A stretch of DNA of 64,000 bases from Octopus sinensis (Eukaryota), in contig NC_042998.1 of assembly GCF_006345805.1 (NCBI RefSeq), positions 61,008,001 through 61,072,000 on the forward strand, read 5' to 3'. The notes beneath the pieces are model-generated. The model was not told where the DNA came from, searched no databases, and saw only the letters and a list, made by a program, of their open reading frames with translations. Position 1 is the stretch's first letter. Each line of letters begins with the position of its first letter. The position numbers were made by a program, and so were the translations under genes. This document shows positions 1-11,919 of the stretch, in pieces.

Positions 1-916
1 AGAAACAGAAAAAGAGTTTGAAAAACAAAACAAAAAAAGACTAAAACCTTAAGTGTAGGGAAAACGTGAGAAAGAGCCCACTTACGCCAAAGCTGCATTG
101 AAATTTACAGTTCTTTGTACAATAAGCACGAAATGTAGTGTACACAGAAACAGATATAAAAAAAGTTTCATCTCTAAAGATGTGGTTAATAGAAAATTTA
201 TAATCTTACAAAATTCAGGCAAATTTACATAATTGCTTTAAATTGTTGAGATTTTCTTTGCTTCAAATGTTCTTATAAATACATTACCAGCAAATTCCAA
301 AATTGCAAAATTGTCTTTTACGCGCTGTTATTTCAGGGAAAGGCTGTATCCATTACATCTGTCATTAATAATGCATTTAATGTTCTTCCGCTGTACGTAC
401 GAAAGGACTGCATTAGGAAAATGTTATCCGAGGCCAGTAAAAATAACAGAAATATATCATATTGTAAAGCTCTCAAATTGTTGTTGTTAAATAATCTATT
501 GCATATTTCATACAAGAAGACAAATATGAAAAATAAGGAATTCCATATTTTAAATTTATCGAGACATACGCAGATATATACATAACTACATACATAGTTA
601 AGCACGCACATATATTTGTGTGTGTGCGTGTTTATATGAAAAAGAGATATAGATATATATAGATATATATATATATATAAAGAGAGAGAAAAATAAAGCA
701 CAAAAAGGCAATGATGGATGAATTGATAGATAGATAGGTAGCAAAAGATGGGAAGAAAACATAATGGAGATATTTTCAATACATTAATAAAGAGGTAAAA
801 AGAGGGAAAGTATATGAAGAGATTTTGTGCGGCTACCAAAAAGTTGTCAGGCAACAATCTTGAAACGTTTTGACATTTTTAGATGTAAATCGTCTAACTA
901 AATCACCAAATACACG

Positions 917-979
<63 letters not shown>

Positions 980-1021
980 CACACATCCATCTATCCATAC
1001 ATACATACATACGTGTGTGTG

Positions 1022-1342
1022 AAGATGCGTGGCTTCGTGGTTGAGATATTCGGCTCACGATCGTAAGGTCGTGAGTTCAATTCCCGGCGACGTGTTGTAC
1101 CCTTGAGCAAGACACTTTATTTTCACGTTGCTTCAGTCCACTCAGCTGGCAAAAATGAGTTGTACCTGTATTTCAAAGGCCCAAACTTGTCACACTCTAT
1201 GTCACGCTGAATCTCCTGAGAACTGCGTTAAGGGTACACATGTCTGTGGAATGCTCAACCACTTTCTCGTTAATTTCACGAGCAGGATGTTTCGTTGATC
1301 ATATCAACTGGGACCCTCGTCGTCGTAACCGACCGAGTGCTC
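1022..1342 (+). mobile_element. tRNA-derived SINE (octopus OR-like family)
   Basis: A/B-box-like head (gcgtggcttcgtggtt...gagttcaattcccggc) and ccttgagcaagacact core. Homologous to 7116, 15960 and 52526. Confidence 0.85.
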
Positions 1343-1774
1343 CTAGACATATAATCCCTTCATCTGTACAGTTGCTTCAATAAATCTTTGTATTTCTTCA
1401 AAGGCTAGGCTCATTGATACAACTGTACATTTGCAAGGCATCACACGGTTAGTATAAGAAATATTTATTTTGGATCGTATTTAATATATGTACGTATACA
1501 CACACACATACACACGCACACACATGCGCCCTTAGTCACTTTAGTAATGAAAGTGCTTGTGCCTTTTGATTTTAAATTGCTCCTTTCTACTTTAATAATA
1601 ATAATAATATATATACATGTATATGTGTGTATGCGTTTGTGTGTATGTGTGTGCGCATATGTATGTGTGTTCTCTTCTGTTTTTAATTATTTGAATTCTT
1701 CCTTTGCAGAAGGCGCTGGTTTCTATCAAAGATGCAAAGCTCCATCTATGGAATGTACATAGCAAAAACAAAGT

Positions 1775-2245
1775 CACATTTTAAACTTGAGAAAAGCCTT
1801 GCACATTTTTATTGTTCCATTTACAGGTTGTATTTGTAATATGCGAATTAGTTGACTTGACTGATTTCTTTTTCTGAATACCCTAGCTAATCCAGGTTGT
1901 CATTTAGGTATTTACTCACAAAACTAAGAGCACCAATTATTATTAGTTATAAATGTGAATTTATAAACTGGATATAGAAACTGGAGGTTTCAAAGCACTT
2001 GCCCTTAGTTATTCCCTTTCTCTTTGATTTCTAAAGAGATCTTTACATCAGCAGGGTACATAATTTTCTTGTCTGTCTCAAACAAAAATATCCGGTATGT
2101 TATGTTTACACTTGACAGATGTTTTGATGGGAATGTTCCACCAGTATTCCTTGTATTGAAGTTTATGTATGTCATTATCCAGTTTTATTCCAAGATTTGT
2201 TGCCAACAGAGAAAGAGCCCGTTTCTAACCTAGATTCATTGGAAT
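1775..2245 (-). mobile_element. 3' fragment of an RLE-type non-LTR retrotransposon
   Basis: Degenerate frames EYWWNIPIKTSVKCKHNIPDIF, IIIGALSFV and LQIQPVNGTIKMCK. Confidence 0.65.
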
Positions 2246-2339
2246 TTTAACATCAACAGGGTATTTTTGCATGTATGCAAGTAAATATGTACAGTATTTG
2301 GAGTTAGTGCATGCGCTGGTTTCTATGTTTTGTTTTATG

Positions 2340-2874
2340 TATATGTCCCCATGCATATAGTTGCATGTCTAGACATGCGCATATATACTTAAGTGGTAGC
2401 CTTTCGAAAGTTTTGGTTTAGATCTACAGCCTTCGAATCAGCTGTCTCCTTTCTGGTTTTAATTAGCCTAATTTTTCAAGATTAGTATTTAGGGAATGTG
2501 CTACATATACAATACCCCAATAATTATAGGTATAAATCTGAACTTGTAATATGGGTTGAGGAACTGTAGATTTCTCAATAGTTCAGCATATTTTCTTTCT
2601 CGTTGATCTTTAGCTTTATGTTAACATCTGCTGGGCAGCTGATTTCTACTACTATACACAGTTTATCTTCTCTATCCCAGATCACTATGTAAGGTCTATG
2701 TATGTATGTATGTATGTATGTATGTATGTATGTATGTATGTATGTATGTATGTATGTATGTATGTATGCATGCATGCATCTTTCAAAGTTTTGCATGACA
2801 TGAAAAATATAATGGTAATCTATCTGAGACTTCTCCTGTTGAAGACGTAGTAAATTAAGGAGGCATTCTTGCAT
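2340..2874 (-). mobile_element. 3' fragment of the same RLE LINE family, interrupted by (CATA)n
   Basis: RPYIVIWDREDKLCIVVEISCPADVNIKLKINEKEN matches the PD..(D/E)xK restriction-like endonuclease region. Confidence 0.75.
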
Positions 2875-2934
2875 AAATGTTATTTGCTCTCTACTTTACA
2901 GCAATATTCATGGTAGAAAGAGAATCTAGATTAG

Positions 2935-3900
2935 ATTTAGACCATGAAAAGACTGTTCAACATCAGATTTGCCGCTGATTTTAGGATATTTGAATCTTTT
3001 GCTCGGCAACTATTGTATACTGGTGGTTGTGATTTAGTATCTCAGACAGAACAGGAACTGCAGGATCTGATTACAATATTTAATGCAACATGTAAAGCTC
3101 TTAGTCTAAAAGTGAATTTGAAGACAGAACCTATGTTGCAGGTTACATCTGGAATAACATATGTTAAACCAAAGATAATAGACATAAAGAATTAAAAGTG
3201 GTGAAGCCTTTTATTTATCTCGGAGTATACTGTTTATGATGCAAGTTTAGAGAAGGAGATCTTATACAGAGTGAAGAAGGCATCGACAAGTTTTGGGAAT
3301 ACGGAAAGAATGCTTTGTCATAGCGCGGAATCAGGTTAAACACAAAGATATCCATCTACAAAACTAGCGTGCCCTTGTGCACTCTCAGTTCTACTGTAGA
3401 GCTATGAAACTTGGATGACCTACAAACACCAAGTTAAGATGCTCAGACGGTGTCACCAGTGCTGTTTGAAACATATACTCAATGTGAAGTGAACCAAACA
3501 CGCCCCGAATACCGAAATTCTAAATAAAGTTCAAATGACTAGCGTTGAAGCCATCATTGTTCGGAGTCTTTTAAGGTGGAGTGCACGTCTTATTCGAATG
3601 CGTAATACTATAAATTCAAAGCAACTATTTTATGGGAAATTGAAACAAAGAAAGAGGTAAGTAGCACAAAGAGTTCTATAGAGAACTGAGAAGAATAAGC
3701 TGCTGGTAGAGCAAAGTAGAGAAAAGCAATCTTTGATGGTTCAGCATTATTTGAGAGGGAAAGAATTCAGCTTGCGCCATTCAAAAGTGCAGTTCGGAAG
3801 AGGAAGCAAGCAGAAGCATCAAAAGGTGCGGACAAAAGAAGTCAATGAAAAATATGTAGAAGACTCTGTCTTTCTGTTGCCAGCTTCATGATCACACGAG
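2935..3900 (+). mobile_element. Degenerate RTE-clade LINE RT/thumb fragment
   Basis: LLYTGGCDLVSQTEQELQDL (degenerate YADD), FIYLG, TKISIYK, ETWMTYK and LFYGKL, with stops. Confidence 0.8.
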
Positions 3901-6219
3901 AGGGCGTTATAATATGCAGCAAGCGTGGTTTAGTTTTAAGTGCAACATGTATGGCAAAGTCGGAAATTGGTGGGAAGAGTCATTTGCGAAATCATGTAAG
4001 GAAAGAGGTTCATGAAGAAATTCCAAGACAGTCCCTCAAATTTGCTGGGGTTGAATTAACATGTCCATATTTCTCCTATGCTGAGCTCTGAGTTGCATGC
4101 TCACGTGTTGATCCAACCAAATTATTTTTTCATTAGAAATCGCAAAACCAAAAGTAATGTCAACACCAAATTGCAGTATCAACAAATACTGTCAATCCCC
4201 AAGACACTTGGAAATGTTTGTTTTGTGTGTTACACATCAATTTAGAATAACAACAACAAAAAAATATTTAAAATGTAGCACAAAGATATTATTTTCGTAA
4301 GTCACAAAATTAAAATTCAACAAATTCAGTCAAAATGTTTCACATATCACAGAAACCGGAGTGGTGGTGGGGTTGAATTCAATTTTAAGCATTTATCTGA
4401 AATACAAAATGAAATATATTCAAATTGTGCGCTACAAGCTCATCATTAAAACTCACGGTAGTTCAGATCATTTAAATTTAGCACAAAAGGTTTTCAGTAT
4501 ATCTGATATCCAGGTAACGCCAGGTACTTATTCTAGTGTATCATTCGACTGTATATACACTAAAGATGTCTATTACCATTACATCCTCTTTTATCATCAT
4601 TTTATATTTCTAAATTGAGTTGTAGAATATATATGGAGTTTTCAATTATCATCTAATTGATATAAATAATAGATGAGACAACGCGGGTGTCTATGTAGTT
4701 GCTCTGGCTGCTAGAAATAGAAGCCAACATTCCTACCATTTATTAATAAAGAATCGAATGACGCATTGGATACGCTGAACTCAGCGTATCTCCCCCCAAA
4801 AAAAGACTGATTGGACAATCATGGCTGGATTGCCTTCGGTTGCCTCTGTTCCATCACTGACCAAATGGAACTAAGTGACATCAGTAAAATGGAGTACCAA
4901 TAGTATTTTTCTTTCAATTGTTATACAAAGTTTTGGCTGTCATACAACTGGAAGTAGTAATTCGAGCTAATAGTAGAAGCAGTAATGATTGCATTAGCAA
5001 TGGTGGCAGTGATGGTGGTTATACGTAGTATCGGTAATGTCAGCGATGTTGAAGATACGAACGATCGTTACAAAAGGATGCAAACGTAGAGCAATAAAGT
5101 GACAATGGCTTGATCGGAAAATCAAATTTACAGCATATTTCTCCGTGAAATAAATCAATGAATAACCATCAGACAACATCTATGAACATTTTTCACAAAC
5201 AAAAATGGATTCTTTTAATACACTTTTGTCTTCTATATCTCACTAGAGAAGTCATATCAATCGAGTCTTTATTCTCGGCAGATTCAAAACTTATCTTGCA
5301 TGTCCGACTATAATTGCCCTCCCATTGTAAGCTTTTGTAACTTTATGGATATGATAAATAAAGATGAACTACTCTATTAGGCATAAGCTTATAAAAGTGA
5401 AACGAATCATATGTTGATAATGAGACCGACTTAATTTCGATCAACCAATCAGCGAGCATGAATAAATAAGAACGGTTCACATTGGATTTCTTTATCGCGT
5501 TATTCATTACTACTTTATTGCGGTAATAAAATTTATTCTTGAGGTCAATTTCTTTCTCCGGAATTCTCTACTTAATCGTATTGACACAATTTCAGTTTGT
5601 TATATTAATAGGCTTCATACTAAAAATGCTTAAGCTATTTAATGTTTAATATTTTGGGTTATACAGTATTAATTTATGAATTTTTAAAAAGCCTGCACAA
5701 GCTTTTGAAAGTATTGGAAATAAAAATTCATTTATGTATCACCATAAATGTTGTTAGAAACATCACAGCGTATATTCCCACCCATTCTCAAGATCATAAA
5801 AATATTATTACAATATAACTCAGTGAATATTAAACTGAGGAAACGGTTTCTCTCCCGCAAGACCGCTGAGATGTATATATTGACTAACAGGAGTCTGATT
5901 TTCAGGATAAAGTAACATGGAATTTTATGATGAAACTAGTTGCTATTGTTGTTGTTGTTATTTAACCCTAGAGCAACAATATTCGAGAATCCTGATGCAT
6001 GCAAATAGTCAATCGAAAGACGAGGTCACAGATTCACCTCTCCAGTTACACTCCGTGCAGCTGAGGATGATACTGCACTTTTCCACATCCAATGAATTCT
6101 CATCTGTATTGACAATGAGCGGTCAGTTGTTTAAACCAAGTGAATTTTCACTCGTGAAATTAACGTATAAAAGGACGTTTATCCCATAGACACAAATACA
6201 CTTCATGCAATTGTTGCGG

Positions 6220-6473
6220 TTAAAAGGAAAAGTAAAGTTGCCATCTCGAATCATACCGACTCATAAGGGCTGGTTTCCCGGTTTTGAGGCGTATAAATTC
6301 CTCACCTGGACGGGACGCCGGTCCGTTGCAGGAGAATTGATTTTTGCTTGTTGAATGGACTAGAACAACGTAAAAGGAAGTGTTCTGCTCAAGAACACAA
6401 CGCATCGCCCGGTCTATCGAAACCCCAATCTTACGATCATGAGGCCAATATTCCAACCATTAAGCCATGCGCC
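6220..6473 (-). mobile_element. tRNA-derived SINE
   Basis: Head ggcgcatggcttaatggtt...gtttcga and core ttcttgagcagaacactt. Confidence 0.7.
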
Positions 6474-6608
6474 ACCACAATTGTTGAGGTGAATCAGTGT
6501 AACACAATAAGATAAGACTGAACCACTGAATTACAAGTGAAAACCAGAGAGAAAGAGAAACTGTCATTAAGATGGGTGTGTGTGTGTGCGTGTGTGTGTG
6601 TATGTGTA

Positions 6609-6639
<31 letters not shown>

Positions 6640-6669
6640 ATAAGCATACATATGTATGTGTGTGTGTCG

Positions 6670-6875
6670 TTGTGTTTGTGCTGGTTTCTACCCCGCACAG
6701 CCAGACAACTGGCGTTGGTTTGCTTACGTTCCTGTAACAATAGTGGCTCGGCAAAAAGGACTACCAGAATAAATAAATTCTGGGGCCGATTTATTCGACT
6801 AGACTCTTTAAGATGGTGCCCCAGTATGGTCACAATCCAATGACAGAAATAAGTAAACGATAAAAAATAAAGAAT
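6670..6875 (+). mobile_element. SINE 3' half (related to the OK-like family tail)
   Basis: ggctcggcaaaaagga...tggtgccccagtatggtcaca...gaaataagtaaa tail motifs. Confidence 0.6.
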
Positions 6876-7115
6876 ACCATACATATCTATAAAAGAATCT
6901 CCGAACTTATTTAATCGATTAATGGTTTTCCGTTCAGTCAAGCTATTGAACGTTCCTATTGCCCAGAGTCATCTACCTCGTTGCCTATCTTTCCTCACTC
7001 ACAACAAGGAAACTTATTTTATTTATTATTTTAAATCATAGAATCAAACGTCTTCACAAAGAAATATTGTCTTCAAGGAATTATTGATTAAAAATGATTA
7101 TAAATTTTAAAGTGA

Positions 7116-7400
7116 AGGCGCGTGGCTAAGTGATTAGGGTATTTGGTTTACAATCGTAAGGTCATAAGGTCGATTCTCGGAGGCCCGTTTGTATCCTTGA
7201 GCAAGACACTTTAGTTCACGTCGCTCCAATCACTCAGCTGGCAAAAATGAATAGTACCTGTATTTCAAAGGAACCAGCCTTGTTACGCTGAATCTCCCTG
7301 AGAACTATGTTAAGAGTACACGTGTCTGGAAAATGCTCAGACACATGCAAGTTAATTACACGAGCAGGCTGTTCCATTGATCGTATTCACTGGAACTTTC
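7116..7400 (+). mobile_element. tRNA-derived SINE (OR-like)
   Basis: Colinear with 1022-1342. Confidence 0.8.
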
Positions 7401-7747
7401 ATCATCCAAACCATTGGAATGTCAGTTTATTTACTGAAATAAACATTGTCACTCTTTTTAAACAGACTATACATTATCTATTTCTCTCTCCCCATCCATC
7501 TATCTATGTATCTATCTACGGACTCACGCATGCATGCATGATATATATATATATGTAAGCTTGTATGTATGTATGTATGTATGTATGTATGTATGTATGT
7601 ATGTAGTATGTATGTATGTATGTATGTATGTATGTATGTATGTATGTATGTAGTATGTATGTATGTATGCATGTATGTACGTATGTATGTATATATATAT
7701 ATATACTCTCATATGTACACTTATATATACACACACAGACAAGTATG

Positions 7748-7792
<45 letters not shown>

Positions 7793-7934
7793 TATATATA
7801 AGAAAATAGTAAAGAGTGAAAAAACGACAGAAGGCTTAAATGTTAAAGAATATATATATTTGCGTCAATATGTCTGGAGAATATTGGACAATTTTTTTTT
7901 TTTTTTTTTTCCTGACATAATTTTATAATTTTTA

Positions 7935-7973
7935 AAGAAAGACCGGTTTCGCATTTAGCTCTTCAAATTTCTT
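7935..7973 (-). ncRNA. Minimal type I hammerhead ribozyme motif in the 3' pLTR
   Basis: AAGAAA-T-TTGAAGA-GC-TAAAT-GC-GAAA-CCGGTC-TTTCTT: stem I AAGAAA/TTTCTT, 2-bp stem II, palindromic ACCGGT stem III, GUC cleavage triplet, C3-to-U variant. Confidence 0.7.
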
Positions 7974-8110
7974 GCGACGTAATGTTTATCTTTAATAGCG
8001 TTATCCTTGTTTTTTTGCTACGGAGAGTTCTAAATAAGGGAAGGTAGTGCGTGCTTTCTTCCGGTGTAAGGGAGATAATCGCTTAAAAAATTTTTTTTTC
8101 CTTTTTTCTC

Positions 8111-10437
8111 TTAGTGTGAATTTCTCTGTATTATTATGTTTGGATAGTTGAGTCTGGGTTTGTACTTTTCAATGAAGAATGTTTCCTTGTTTAGTCTAAT
8201 TTGTGTTGATGATCCGAAAGCACATTGGTAAAATGGAAAGATTAAAAATTGTGGTTGTAGTTGCTTTGCGCATTTCTCAATGTGCTCACTAAAAGGTATC
8301 ATTCTATATTCTGGGAATGCAATCTGTTGTCGATGCAGTGTGCATCTACGTCTGAGTGATAGTTCCGTGGATCCCACGTAGTCTTGGTGGCAGCCCGAGC
8401 ATTTTATGACATAAATTATGTTTTCAGAGGCACAAGTAAAGTTAGATTTGATCTTGAGTTTCTGTCCCTCTTTAAAGAAGAATTCTGATCCTTCTAGTAG
8501 GTTAGGACATGTTGCACAGTTCGATCTACCACATTTTTTTACTTTTGCATCCGTAATTTCAGAAGATAATTTTGCCTTTGTGAGAATCTTTTTAAGTGAT
8601 TTAGGCTGTTTGTAGCTTTTAATGATTTGGTGTATGTTTAGAATTTCCTTTAATTTGGGGTTTTTATGAAGTATTGGTAAATTCTGGGTGATGATGGTGA
8701 AAGCTTCTTTGTTTCTGGGGTTGTATGTAGATATGTAAGGTAGTATTTTCGGGGTAGGTGTGTTGTTGTGTTGGACTTTTCTTAAAGTTTCTATGTTGAT
8801 TTCTGTTGCACGTCTGATCCCATCCTCTATGAGTTGAGCTGGGTAATGTCTGTCAATTAAGGTGTTTTTGAGTTCTTGCAGTCTGAAGTTCCTGGTATTT
8901 TGTTCTGACACTATTGTGCATATCCTTCTTGCAAGGTTGAAGGGGATGTTTGTTTTAGTGTGTCTTGGGTGGCATGAATTAAAGAGAAGGTATTTTTTGG
9001 CGTCTGTGGCTTTGTAGAAAATGTCTGTTTCTATTTTAAGGTTAATTTTTTTAATTAGTATATCCAAGAACGGGAGCTCCTTTTGGTTGTATTCCATTGT
9101 GAACTGTATATTTGGGTTTATGCTGTTAAATAGGTTTTTAAATTTTAAGAGTTTATCTGTGTTTTCATTCCAGAGAATAAAACAATCGTCCAAGAATCGT
9201 TTCCAGTTCTCTTTTATGTATTGAGAGAGGGGGTTTCCGAAGATTGATAAAGATTCCTGGTAAATGATTATTTCCATGTATCCCATTGTTAAGTTCGCAA
9301 TGACTGGTGCTGCCCTTGTACCCATAGCAATTCGGATTTTTGACGGTAAAATGTATTGTCAAACATGAAGTGGTTATTGTGTAGGATGAATTCAATTGAT
9401 TTAGTAATGAATTCTTTACTGATCCTTTTTGGTATTTCTTCCGGAAATTGGTCTAACCAGAACTGTATTGCCTCCAGTCCATAATTATGAGGTATACTGG
9501 TATACAAGTTGACTACATCAAATGAAACCAGGATTGTTTCTTCCTTGGCTTTTTTTGGAAGGTGGTTTAACATATCTAAGTCATCTCTGATATGGCTATC
9601 GATATGTTTAGGAAGGGTTTCAGGAGGATGTCCATAAGTAGACTTAGTCTGTGTGTTTCACAGGATGGGCCAGCTACAATGGGTCGTAGTTTTAGGTCCC
9701 CGGGTTGGGTGTTTGTATGTATGTCTTTGGTGATTTTTTTAATGGTTTCATTTATAATTTGACTTTTATGAATTTTTGGCAGACCATAGAAAAGGCTAGG
9801 TTTGCATTTAAAGTTTGTTAGGAAGTCAATCTCTTTGGTTGTTAGTTCCTTTCATGGGTTTTAATTAGTGAAGATAGAGTTTTCATTATTTTTTGTGGGT
9901 GTAGTTGGTAATTCTTTCATAATGTAGGTGTCACAAGCAAGGAAATTACAAGATTTCTGTAGTATGATGTATCCATTATTACAACTGCATTTCCCTTGTC
10001 TGCTTCCTTAATGGTTATATCCTCATCATTTGAAGTTCTATCAGTTCTTCCATTGTGTAGTGTTAAAATTTGGGTTAGCTTCTGTTTATGTATAGTATGG
10101 TAGGGGAAGTTCTCAATGTGGTTACAGAATTCGTCAAGATCTTTATTTCTTCCTCTGTGTGGGATGTGTTCACTTTTGTTCTTGACTAGTGATTCATCTT
10201 CAGTATTGAAACTGGTTGATGCTTCTGCTAGTCTTAATTTTCTGCAAAATTCTGTTATATTATCCTTGAGTTCATTAGGTTGGCTCTGCGTGGAGTTGGT
10301 GTAAATTTGAGCCCTTTTGCGAGGATGTCAATTTTTATGTTAGAAAGAGGTTTGGTTGAAAGATTGATTATCTTCGGTTTTTCCTTATTACTAGGTTCCA
10401 GCCTGTGTCCTGGTGTCCTTGGTCCCTGGCTAAAAAA
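8111..10437 (-). pseudogene. PLE reverse transcriptase-GIY-YIG endonuclease ORF2, broken by several 1-nt indels
   Basis: IINLSTKPL..ILAKGLKFTPTP start, SFDVVNLYTSIP (motif A), MGTRAAPVIANL (B'), WKRFLDDCF (C), PFLDIL, and IIYVIKCSGCHQDYVG (GIY-YIG). The indels inspected lie in homopolymers, so they may be decay or sequencing error. Confidence 0.93.
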
Positions 10438-11714
10438 TGTTGGGTGTAATTTTGTTTGTATGAGTTGTCTGTGAGGTTGTGTGGTATTTGGTCGGGGGAG
10501 TGGTGGTATTGTTGCCCCCGATCGTGTGGGAATCTATGGTTGTTATTGTTTGTGGTGTGTGTAAAATTTCTGTATGGGAAATATTTTTGTTTCGAACTGC
10601 TTGTATGTGGGATGTTGCTTGACATAGTGTTTTTTTGCGTTTGTCTTGTGTTTAGTGGGGACCAGTAATTTTGGTTCATGGGGTAGTAGCGATTTGTGTG
10701 TGGTGTATTTCTTATTCTAGTGTCGTATAGTGCTGTATAGTGGTTGGGTCTGGTATTAGGATGTTGTTGGTGTGTTCTGTTTTTTGTGTAATTTCTTTCA
10801 TAGACGCGTCCTCTGTCAGCTAGTTCCCTGTTAGGTCTTGCGTGGTTTGCAAAGGTTGGTTGTGGGTGATTTCTGTTTTTAGTGTATGGAGGATAGTTGG
10901 GGGTTGTTCGTGGGTTGTTTGGTTTTTCTTTTTTATTTATTGTAATTTTCTTAAGGAAGGGATTATTTGTACTGAATTCATTTTTGAAAGTTTCACTATA
11001 TTTTTGGAAGAAGTCCATGTTTTTCTCCCAGCGTAGGAGAGAATTTCTCTCTTCTCTCTCACAGGTATCCTTCCAATGATCCAATGTATTTTCGAGGGGT
11101 TGTCCCTCGGTATGTTTCAGTATTATATTGTGCATCTCCTCGTCTATGCTTTTAAATTTTTCTTCATTTGTGGAGGCCCTGAGTCTTAGAAGCTCTAGTT
11201 CTGATTTAAAATTGAACAGAGCTGACTTTTCTCTAATAGATCTCTGTCCGTCAGGCTCGTTAGGAATTAATTTTATCTGGAATTTGCGTGGGAGGATAAT
11301 TGGTGTTGAGTTTATCCATCCCTCGTAAATATCTGCTTTGTTGGAATTTTTTATCATGTTCCAGAAGGTGAGTTTTCTGTTGTGCAGGTTTGTATTCCAA
11401 ATGTTTCCTATTTTTCTTTTTGCTGGGTTGATTTGGGTGCGTATGGTGTCCTGTTGTGTTTCATTAGGTGCCTGTGTATTATTTTCGGATTTGTTGATGA
11501 AAATTGAGTTTAGTGTTGTATATAACAGTTGTAAATCCTTACTCACCTGGTCAGTGTAGCGAGTTGCATCTTCATTGCTTTTACTTTCCCGGGCGAGTAA
11601 GTTTGATTCCTCGATTTTGTTGTTCAGGTTAAGAAGCTGTGAATTAATATTTTTCAGTTCTTTGAGTATGTCCTCATTTAGGGTTTTATCCGAGGTGTTT
11701 GTCTTCTGTGGCAT
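10368..11714 (-). CDS. PLE ORF1, 448 aa: N-terminal coiled-coil-like segments plus N/P/T/H/R-rich low-complexity C-terminus
   Basis: Uninterrupted ATG-initiated ORF (aaaATGc context) just downstream of the 5' pLTR. Heptad-like LNEDILKELKNINSQLLNLNNKIEE. No CCHC knuckle. Confidence 0.8.
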   Translation of the reverse strand: MPQKTNTSDKTLNEDILKELKNINSQLLNLNNKIEESNLLARESKSNEDATRYTDQVSKDLQLLYTTLNSIFINKSENNTQAPNETQQDTIRTQINPAKRKIGNIWNTNLHNRKLTFWNMIKNSNKADIYEGWINSTPIILPRKFQIKLIPNEPDGQRSIREKSALFNFKSELELLRLRASTNEEKFKSIDEEMHNIILKHTEGQPLENTLDHWKDTCEREERNSLLRWEKNMDFFQKYSETFKNEFSTNNPFLKKITINKKEKPNNPRTTPNYPPYTKNRNHPQPTFANHARPNRELADRGRVYERNYTKNRTHQQHPNTRPNHYTALYDTRIRNTPHTNRYYPMNQNYWSPLNTRQTQKNTMSSNIPHTSSSKQKYFPYRNFTHTTNNNNHRFPHDRGQQYHHSPDQIPHNLTDNSYKQNYTQHFLARDQGHQDTGWNLVIRKNRR

Positions 11715-11919
11715 TTTTCGGTCTCACGTGTTTAATATATAGATAAGAAAGTTTGTTTGTGAAAGCACGTGGGTGAATATATAAGAAAATAGTAAAGAGT
11801 GAAAAAACGACAGAAGGCTTAAATGTTAAAGAATATATATATTTGCGTCAATATGTCTGGATAATATTGGAAATTTTTTTTTTTTTTCTTTCTTATAATG
11901 ACATAATTTTATAATTTTT

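Noticed and set aside
333-857. 174-aa ORF with an LRR-like LFNNNNLRALQYDIF motif
   Set aside because: Mostly low-complexity/microsatellite translation. There is no splice donor at the expected 72-nt position and no second repeat.
1022-1100. tRNA-like heads as functional tRNA genes
   Set aside because: They continue into SINE bodies and lack a complete cloverleaf.
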